Assembly: GCF_006345805.1 (NCBI RefSeq)
Contig: NC_043001.1
Location: 86,924,001-86,988,000, forward strand
Source of the DNA: Octopus sinensis
Taxonomy: Eukaryota
Direction: 5' to 3'
Length of the DNA: 64,000 nucleotides
Numbering within the stretch: the stretch's first letter is position 1; each line of letters opens with the position of its first letter. Positions 54,881 to 64,000 of the stretch are shown here, piece by piece. The notes below the pieces were generated by a model. That model worked only from the letters and a program-made list of their open reading frames with translations. It had not been told where the DNA came from and ran no database searches. Both the position numbers and the translations under genes were made by a program.

Positions 54881-54922
54881 CTAGCGGGGGAGGGTGCACT
54901 GAAAATGTAGCTGCTACAATAA

Positions 54923-54964
<42 letters not shown>

Positions 54965-55022
54965 CATACCTTTGTTTATGTATATGTGTGTGTATATATA
55001 TATCACCATACCTGTGTGTATG

Positions 55023-55068
<46 letters not shown>

Positions 55069-55150
55069 GATTCAAATGAATATGGTACTTAAGTTGAGGC
55101 ACCAATTTAGTACAGTATTATCCATACAATTTCAAAGTAAGGTGATTAAA

Positions 55151-55366
55151 ATCAAAATAAGCAGCAAGGATATTCAGAGGTAATGCAGTATGATCGATTC
55201 ATGCAACCCCATTTAATTGAACAATGCAATTATTACATCAATTTTAAAGGCACAGCTGAAGATTGCTCTGCATTTTAAATTGATGTAATGATTGCACTGT
55301 TCAGTTAAATGGAGTTGCATGAAACGATCATACTGCATTACCTCTGGATATCCTTGCTGCTTATTT

Positions 55367-55370
<4 letters not shown>
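55151..55370. repeat. 220-bp near-perfect palindrome (~95-bp arms)
   Basis: ATCAAAATAAGCAGCAAGGATA... mirrored to ...TTATTTTGAT. Confidence 0.9.
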
Positions 55371-55405
<35 letters not shown>

Positions 55406-55409
<4 letters not shown>

Positions 55410-55650
55410 TGCAGCAATATCAAAGGAAGGCTAACTGGGGAGATAGTTTTTGTATGTGGCAAATGCTCAGGTGCTATAAACACTGAAAATATGCAGAGAA
55501 CAGCTTCTGCCACATTCCAGGGAGAAAAACTACAAGTAGTTGATAGCTTCCGTTACCTAGGGGATCAAGTCAGTATGCTCTGAAAGTGTAGCTGCTAGAG
55601 TAAGAATAGCCTGGGCAAAGTTCAGAGAGCTCTTACCTCTACTGGTGACA
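55406..55650 (+). pseudogene. RTE fragment
   Basis: VVDSFRYLGDQVS and ARVRIAWAKFRELLPLL, with a small deletion. Confidence 0.8.
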
Positions 55651-57125
55651 ATCCTGTACAATACACTTGATCAAATAAGCCTAACAATAGATATAGGAAT
55701 CAACTTGTCTTCTGGTTCAACCCAATTTTTGGTTTGCACGTTTCAACCAAGATCGCTGGAAAATTTTTTGCTGCTTTGGACAAGTATTTTTTTAAAAATC
55801 TAATCGGTATCATGCTATTTTTAATTGACACACCAGAAAGGTATCCTTCGCCAACTCTTCTAATTTAGAGCAGCTTATGTATCACATAAACAATAGCAAA
55901 ATGCAGCAAAGGTTCAACAATCCACCTACTGGATCTAGCAAACACTTGCATCTAAATACCAACCAAGGAGATGTAAACTGCAATGATAAACACCAACTAT
56001 GATCAATTTGTAGTAGTAGAAATACTTATGATACAGCTAACATGGTAACAATGCTAGTAAATGGAGTTGAGACTGCCTTATATACAAACAAATACAATAA
56101 ATGCTCATGCAGAGAAAAATCAAAATGTCCTTTGATGAATCTCTGTATGAGTACAAATCTTGTATATAAATGTACCATGCACACAAGGGCAGGGTTGTAT
56201 GTTTACATTGGGCAGATGGCCAATTCATTTAAGAATTGTTATCGTAACCATGTTGCCAGCTTTAAGACAATCAATAAAAGACATTCAACATCTTTGGCAG
56301 ATTTTGTATGGCAGCTGAAGGAGGATAAAATGAAGTACAGTATTATTTGGTCCATAGTAAGGTACACAGAACCATATAATATAATTTCCAGGAGATGCCG
56401 TCTCTGCTCCAAAGAATCCCTGTGTATTCTGTGGACTAATGAGAAGATCATTAATAGAATTTCTAAATGACTTTCGAGTTGCCTACACACATATAAATGT
56501 GCATTCACACAATGCAGTGGGAATGAATTTTGAGTAACCATTAACTTAATTTAATTTGTTGTGTCTGGGGAGAATTTGAATTGGGAGTTTGTATCATAGT
56601 GAATTAATTTATTTTAAGGTATGGATGACTTAAGTTTACTTTTAACCTCCCCATTCTTACAAACACCAAGTAGATAGCTAACTCGCTTTGTGATCATGAG
56701 TGCACCGAACCTAATGTGTGCATTTACTCACATTTTTGTGGATGTTTGTATGAGCAAGTGTACTTGCACCATGCAGCTTGCCCGAGGGCATATATACATC
56801 CATATCTGTTAATGGTTATTTTTAATACTTTTCTTGCTAGACTGCATGTTCATTTTTCTTTGTGCCAGCTGTAATTTTATTTTTGATCTTCTATATAAAT
56901 GAAGATATTTCCTCCATCTGGCTGCTTTTCTTTCTACAAAATGAGAAGTTACATTGAAGAACAGTTATTTTAATGAATTGCATTTATTTATCACCTGATG
57001 AGATACATCTGCACCACCGGATGCACCTGAATCAGTTGTTGAGTGTCCCACCCATGAGGAATCAATGATAGATGTGTCGAAACAATTGTCGTGACTAATA
57101 ATAAATTCTCATATATTCCAGCTTC
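55651..57125 (+). pseudogene. Naiad-type PLE 3' part (GIY-YIG plus 3' UTR/pLTR)
   Basis: WFNP-like motif, CSCREKSKCPL..C..LVY..YIG, CRLCSKE. The UTR ends in a hammerhead. Confidence 0.88.
56991..57094 (+). ncRNA. type I hammerhead ribozyme with expanded stem II loop
   Basis: TCAC-CTGATGA-GATACATCT..59 nt..AGATGTGTC-GAAA-C-AATT-G-TC-GTGA. Predicted GUC cleavage after 57090. Confidence 0.8.
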
Positions 57126-57377
57126 TCTTTCATTTGCCATACATATATATATGGGGGTTGTCTACTCCTTATGCAGAGTTTGACCACGTCCTGTACCTAC
57201 ACCTTAGAAGCATCATGGCATCTGATGTGGCTTTTTAAACCAGACAATATTTTGAAAAGACAGCCACATAGATTGCATATCCGATTTGAACAACCAAGAG
57301 CTACAGATAAGTTCTGATTTTTCTGGATCTTAAAATGTCTTTAGAGGCCTCTGTTATATATGTATATTATATATATG

Positions 57378-57420
<43 letters not shown>

Positions 57421-57424
<4 letters not shown>

Positions 57425-57627
57425 GGGTACTGAAAAACTCCTGGCTTTTGGGTAAAAGAAAACACAGAAGGATCAATTAATTATGATTTTATTCAATATA
57501 TTCCCCTCTCAAATTCACAAACTTATTGCAGTGGTCCGTCAGCTTTTCTAAGCCCTGTAAAAGAACTCAGACCCAACCAAGCCTTTCATGATACCCTTAA
57601 AGCCAGGAACTTTTCAGCTCCTCCTTG
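57421..57627. mobile_element. mariner-derived MITE
   Basis: TA|TGAGGGGTACTGAAAAACTCCTGGCTTT ... AAAGCCAGGAACTTTTCAGCTCCTCCTTG. Confidence 0.8.
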
Positions 57628-58189
57628 CACACGCATGTGTGTGTGTGTGCATGTGTGTGTGTGTGTGTGTGTGCATGTATACATACACACGTATATACAT
57701 ACACATCAGCAACAGTGGTGGCAGTAACTCATATTTGAGTAATTAACCAGTAGGAAGTAATTGTCTCTCAGGTATTTAACACACATATATATATATATAT
57801 ACATATATATTTTTGTGTGTCATGCTGCTTTTGCAGATTCTCATGACTCTCTGTTGTCATCCAATTCCATTATTTTAGGATGATGTCAGCAGCTGGAGAG
57901 CTGACCAGAACTAGGGGCTGACTGGAAGAGGAAGGTGAAGGAGTGGCGCACGCGCAGGCAAGGGAGCATTGCCCCATTTTCGATCGGGGTAACTGACAGA
58001 GGTGGACATGTGAACGCTTTGTCAAGGTAAGGGAAAAGCAGCTGCTATTTTTAGCATTCGGGTTGGGCCACATGGAAGGGTGTGTTACCGCCGGAGAGGT
58101 CTGTGTCGAAGAAGAGAAGGTAGGTGTCTTTATTTCAAATCTCCTGCATACACCACAATTATTAATTTAAATTGGGAGTTCATATCATA

Positions 58190-58645
58190 CTCTTTTACTT
58201 GTTTCAGTCATTTGACTGTGGCCATGCTGGAGCACTGCCTTTAGTCGAGCATATCGACCCCAGGACTTATTCTTTGTAAGCCTAGTACTTATTCTATCGG
58301 TCTATTTTGCCGAACCGCTAAGTTACGGGGACATAAACATACCAGCATCGGTTGTCAAGCGATATCGGTGGGGACAAACACAGACACACAAACATATATA
58401 CACATACATACATACATATATATCGTCCAACCCGTGCTAGCACGGAAAACGGACGTTAAACGATGATGATGATGATGATATACACATATATATTTCAGTT
58501 TCCGTCTACCAAATCCACTCACAAGGCTTTGGTTGACCCAAGGCTATAGTAGAAGACACTTGCCCTATGTGCCACGCAGTAGGACTGAACCCAGAACCAT
58601 GTAGTTCATAAGAAAGCTACTTACTACACAGCCACTCCTACGCCT
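58190..58645 (-). mobile_element. SINE family A with an embedded RTE-tail fragment (58424-58477)
   Basis: Family A match, CCAACCCGTGCTAGCACGGAAAACGGACGTTAAA(CGA/TGA)n insert. Confidence 0.8.
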
Positions 58646-59209
58646 ACAAATCATAGTGAATCTTTCAATAGCTGATTGCACAATCATGGACACCACCCCT
58701 ATGGATGCATTGCATTTACTCTCTTGATAAGGCTTGGTGATCTTGACTGTTGACCTTCTAGGATTACTCTGCTCAGCACCATTGGTTCAGCTGAGCTCTT
58801 CACAATCTGCAATGCTGCAGTGCTATGACTTTACCATATCCTTAGCAGGCTGGCTGAACAGGTACTATACTTTGCTCAAGGGTAACTAGTAACTATACAA
58901 GGCAGAGTTGTCACGTTGTGAGTCTGTCTTTGTTGCTCAATATATATATACATATGTATATAATGGCATGTGTGTGTGTGTGTGTGGATTAATTGGATTA
59001 ATTGGATTGTTATAAAGTCGGTCAGTTATCAGAATAATAATGTGCCAAGGCAAAACCATAATGGAATGATATTTCATTGTGGCAGTTGTAGTTATTGAGT
59101 TGGTATATTATTGATGAATATATGAATAATAAATGCTTATTATATAACACGTGTGTGTGTGTGTGCATACATGCATATATATATGCGTACATATATATAT
59201 ATACATACA

Positions 59210-59261
<52 letters not shown>

Positions 59262-59962
59262 ATCCAGGGATCAAGGTGTAGGAAGAAAGTTAGCTGCAAG
59301 CAATCTGTAGTAAATATAAAAAAGCAGCTTTCAGGAACAATAATGGTTTGTTGAGACAGAAGGTTGTGGGGTTTTTCCGTATCGAAGTATGAAAAACTGA
59401 AAAATGTTCTTTTTATGTTTCATAGTAGATGACCAGGGTTAAGGGCTGTGTGAATAAGAATACAGTAGTTATGGAGTAGATAAGATCTGTGCTACATATG
59501 TTTTAAAGTGAGCGGAACCGCAGAAGTGGTAAATACCCAAGTGAGGTGTATACCACTGGCTACACTTTAGGCCAAGTATATATATATATATATTATTTCA
59601 GGGAGTGACAAAATTAGAAAAAAGTGATGTCTGGCCACTTAGACAACAGAACTCAAAAATAAGTCTGTTTTCCACTTTTCCAATCCAAAGGGTTTCTTAA
59701 CCCAATATTTAAGTGCTATTAATTATTGCTTTATCTACTTTGAGATTCACAGTTCCAAAACAATGAATTATTTCATATTCTTGATGTCAGTATCTTCGAT
59801 TCTCACTGGTAAGGATAAAGTTCCTAAACTGGATAGAGAAATTCAAAGGATTGCTTTGGTTTAATGATAGAACGCCTGTCATGTTGAAGGAGATGTGAGT
59901 TCATGTGCTATGGATGGTCGTTTGTGAGTGGAATTTGCTAGATGGAAACTGAAAGAAGTCTG

Positions 59963-59995
<33 letters not shown>

Positions 59996-60041
59996 TATGT
60001 GTGTGTGTGTTTGTGTGTGTATGTTTGCATATCACATCATT

Positions 60042-60092
<51 letters not shown>

Positions 60093-60369
60093 TTCATCGT
60101 TGTCGTCATCATCATCATCATCATCATTATCATCATTGTCATCATTATTTTAACAATAACTTTTCCATGCTTGCATGGATTTTCTACAGTCAAATGCCCT
60201 TCTTGTTGCCAAACCTCCCCTCTTTTCCAAATAAGGTAATATACCTCCATGACCAAATATGTTTTCACAGAAGACTGGAAATGAAGGACAACACTTCTAT
60301 GATGATAACACCCATTTACCACTATCAACACACACACACACAGATACAAATATAAATATATTGCAGCAA

Positions 60370-60770
60370 CCATGTGATTGGGAAGCAACCACATGGTTTC
60401 AGGTTCAGTTCCATTGCATGACACCTTGTGCAAGTATCTTCTACTATAGCCTTGAGCCGACCAAAGCCTTGTGAGTGGAGTTGGTAGATGGAAACTGAAA
60501 GAAGCCTGTCATATATGAATAAATATATATGTATATATCTATGTGTATGTGTCTTTGTGTCTGTGTTTGTCCCCCCATCACTGCTTAACAACTGGTGTTG
60601 GTGTGTTTACATCTCGTAACTTAAGAGTTCAGTAAGAGACCAATAGAATAAGTACTAGGCTTTAAAATTAAAAAGTCTGGGGTCGATTTCTTTGACTAAA
60701 ACCTTTCAAGGCAGCGTTCCAGAGTAGCTGCAGTCAAATGAGTAAAAGTGTTAAAGAGTAAAAGAATATA
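60370..60770 (+). mobile_element. SINE family A, diverged
   Basis: Body and tail match. Confidence 0.75.
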
Positions 60771-60802
60771 TATATATATATAAATATATATATATGCGAC
60801 AG

Positions 60803-61030
60803 GTGAAGGCGCATGGCTTAGGGGTTAGGCTGTCAGCATCATGATCGTAAGATTGTGGTTTCAATTCCTGGACCAGGCAACACGTGTTCTCGAGCAAAAC
60901 ACTTCATTTCATGTTGCTCCAGTCCACTCAGCTGGCAAAAACAACTAACGCTGGGGAACACATACGCCATAGAAACCGGGAAACCAGGCCCGTGAGCCTG
61001 GCTAGGCTTTAAAAGGGTGCATTTATTTAT
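60803..61030 (+). mobile_element. SINE family D
   Basis: Matches 18858-19113. Confidence 0.85.
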
Positions 61031-61129
61031 ATTTATATGTGACAGACCAGTGTCTCATCCAGGTGGAGAACCTATACGCCAAGGAAACTGGAAAACCAGC
61101 CCTATGAGCCAGGCGTGGCTTGAGAAGGA

Positions 61130-61816
61130 ACACCAACTGCTGAAGCCTATTGTTGAAGAAAGTTTTGTTATTGCATGACAAATCACACCCACACACGGCT
61201 GCCCAGACTGTTGAAACCATCAACAAATTGGGTTTTGAGGTACTGGAACACCCTGCCTACAGCCCAATCTCACTCTTTCTGACTATCATATCTTTGGACC
61301 ACTCAAGATGGCTAACAAGATTGTCAGTTTCCCATGGATGAAGATGTGTGAAGGAAGCGGTGCATAAATGGTTGCACAACCAACCGAAAACCTTCTTCTT
61401 GGAGGGAATATGCAAGCTTGTGGACCACTGGACCAAGTGCATCAAAAAGGAAGGAAACTATAAAGAAAACTGATGTTTATCCCCTGCTTTTGTATAAAAA
61501 AAATAATAAATGCACCCTTTTAAAGCCTAGCCAGGCTCATGGGCCCAGTTTCCCGGTTTCTATGGTGTATGTGTTCCCCAGCTGGATGGGACACCAGGCC
61601 ATTGCAGCGTTACTCATTTTTGCCAGCTGAGTGGACTGGAGCAACGTGAAATGAAGTGTTTTGCTTAAGAACACAATGTGTCGCCCGGTCCAGGAATTGA
61701 AACCACAATCTTACGATCATGTTGCTGACACCCTAACCACTAATCCATGCACCTCCACTGCTTTTGTATAAATACATTGAAAAAACAAGAGTGTATCATT
61801 TTTGACTCTCCCTCAT
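61130..61816 (+). pseudogene. mariner (DD34D) transposase 3' half with right TIR
   Basis: LLHD..PHTA...LEHPAYSP(D)L..SDY after a 1-nt frameshift correction, terminal TTTTGACTCTCCCTC. Confidence 0.85.
61499..61757 (-). mobile_element. SINE family D inserted in the mariner, 15-bp TSD
   Basis: TSD CTGCTTTTGTATAAA at 61484-61498 and 61758-61772. Confidence 0.9.
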
Positions 61817-63744
61817 GTATGTAACTTTCCACCAAAATACATTCACAAGACTTTGGTCAGCCCAGGGCTATAGTAGAAGACATTTGCTGAATATGCCATG
61901 AAGTGAGATTGAAATCATGTGGTTGGGGAGTTGCCTTCTTACAATACAACCATGCCTTCTTACAATACAACCTGGACCTTATATATACATATAACATAAC
62001 ATACATACATACACACATAGATATGTGTATGCGTGCATGTATGTGTGTGTGTGCATGTAAGCATGTGTGTGCATGTGTGATGTGTAGTGTGGGGTGCATA
62101 AAATATATGCATTACCAGTTCTGAGTTCTATTGTGACATGAGAATTTTCCCAGGCTTGCTAAAATAACTCGGTCAGGTTTACTAATGCGAGAACTGTGTT
62201 GTTTTTCTAATGAAATTCCAGGTGTACAATGCTGTCAATAACAATCCCATTTTTATCCCAAAAACTTAAAAACATCATATGCGATGTTTATAAGTGAGGC
62301 TTGAACTTTCTTGAAACAAACAGGAAATATCGTCAGCACACCTTCAGGAATACAAAAACTCAGTGTTTTTGTTGATTTTTTTTTTTGCCTGTTTGTTGTT
62401 GCTGTTGTTGTTGTCATTGTTGTTTTTGTTGCATAGAAATCAAACGAGTGGTCGTAAGCTTTTGTAATTTGTAGAGGACACAGTTGGATTGAATTGTAGG
62501 TGTAAGCATGTCTGTGTGGCTAAGTAACTAGCTTCACATGCATGGTTTCAGTTTCAGTTTTACTGCATGGCACCTTGTGTGAGTGTCTTCTACTACAGCC
62601 CCGGGCTGACCCAAGGCCTTGTGAAGGGATTTGGTAGATGGAAACTGAGTGAAGTCTATTGTATGTGTGTATGTAAGTGTGTTTGCATGTGTGCGTGTAT
62701 GCATATGCATACATCATCATCATCCTCATCCTCATCATCATCATCATCATCATTGTCAACATCATCATCATCACCATCATTATTTAATCTCCATGTTCCA
62801 TGCTGGAATGGGTTGGGCAATTTGACAGAATCTGTTGGGCACCAGGACTGCATCATGCTCCAATGTCTGCTTTGACAGGGTTTTAGTTTTTGTTTTTTTG
62901 GCTGGATGCTCTTCCTGACACCAACCACTTACAAGTGTGTACTGGATGTTTATTCAGGCCACCAGCCCTATTGAGATCACCATGCAGCTTGCAAGACTAC
63001 GAGACCCAAAGAGAGGAGGTCAGCTTTATACCAGGGGATGATAGGATATAGTATAAGAGAAGGAAAAGGGAGCAGAGCACATTCTTGTAGAAAAGCTGCA
63101 TTTTTTGGTTACTCATGTTTAGCAGAGATGGGGAGAGAATGATTAGAAGGACCTGCAAAGAGGTATATAGTAGTAATCAAGTGTTCAGGTGGCCCTTCAA
63201 GGCACAATATGTGTGTGTGCATGTGTGTACGTGCTCGTGTGTGCGTGCATGTGCGTTTGTGGGTATGTGTGTGTGTGCATGTGCGTGTGTGTGTGTGTTT
63301 GTTACCATGTCTTGACATTATGTGCCAGTTGTAAGCAAGTGTCATTGTCGTACAAGAAGCACTGTTTGTTACCCAATCTCCTGCAAAAACATGTCTGACC
63401 ATGGAAGAATATTAGCTTACTTGGAAAGAGTTTAGGGTTGGCAACTGGAAGAGTATCCAACCATAGAAAATTTGCCTTGATGAATTGCATCTCACTCATG
63501 CAGGTATGAAATATTATAGGTATTAAATCAATGATGATGATGATGACAGTGGTGATGACGGTGGTGATGACACATGCATGCAAATGCAATCATACACATA
63601 AATTTCCACATGCATCCTCTTAAACATGTACACACATGATACACCTACACACATACACATATACATACACAAACAGATAGAAATGTACACATGCACACAC
63701 AATCCCATATCTATAAATTCATACACACATTTTTTGCTTGTACT

Positions 63745-64000
63745 CTTTTGCTCTTTTACTTGTTTCAGTCATTTGACTGTGACCATGCTGGGGCACCGCC
63801 TTTAGTCGAGCAAATCGACCCCAGGACTTATTCTTTGTAAGCCTAGTACTTATTCTATCGGTTTCTTTTGCTGAACCGCTAAATTACGAGGACATAAACA
63901 CACTAGCATCGGTTGTGAAACGATGTGGGCGGGGTGGGGGGGAGAAACACAGACACACAAACACACACACATATATATATACATATATACGATGGGCTTC
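63745..64000 (-). mobile_element. SINE family A (cut by the window end)
   Basis: Tail and body match. Confidence 0.85.

Noticed and set aside
56468-56470. In-frame TGA in the Naiad GIY-YIG tail (NRISK*LSSCLH) as possible selenocysteine
   Set aside because: Some Naiads encode Sec, but this TGA aligns to a non-Cys position (compare NKISEHSPNCMH at ~35200) and I found no convincing SECIS. It is more likely a nonsense mutation.
57880-58027. GC-rich segment between TTTTAG and AAG|GTAAGG as an exon
   Set aside because: Stops in all three frames from that acceptor and no recognisable homology

Overview
Eukaryotic, AT-rich, repeat-saturated 64 kb. The tRNA-derived SINE families and dense microsatellites look like octopus/cephalopod DNA (recognised from memory, not database-checked). 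No intact host protein-coding gene is visible, and most ORFs in the track are microsatellite artefacts. Retroelement remains: two R4/Dong-clade RLE LINEs, an ORF1-only L1/Tx1-like element, a long Penelope-type element, Naiad-type GIY-YIG PLE ends, and CR1 and RTE fragments. DNA-transposon remains: maT DD37D, mariner DD34D, pogo, hAT and mariner MITEs, two long foldbacks and non-autonomous Helitrons. There are also two probable solo LTRs and about 30 SINE copies. Highlights: (1) three type I hammerhead ribozyme folds, one with a 59-nt insert in stem II; (2) a small TIR element that captured a ~97% identical piece of a PLE lying 3 kb away; (3) a half-LINE whose 3' tail matches the tail of an abundant SINE; (4) two R4 lineages sitting in different microsatellites, (TAA)n and (CATA)n; (5) an NRF1/ETS/YY1 promoter-like cluster with an ATG|GTAAGT exon end, bracketed by a 58-bp inverted repeat. 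All alignments and folds were done by eye.
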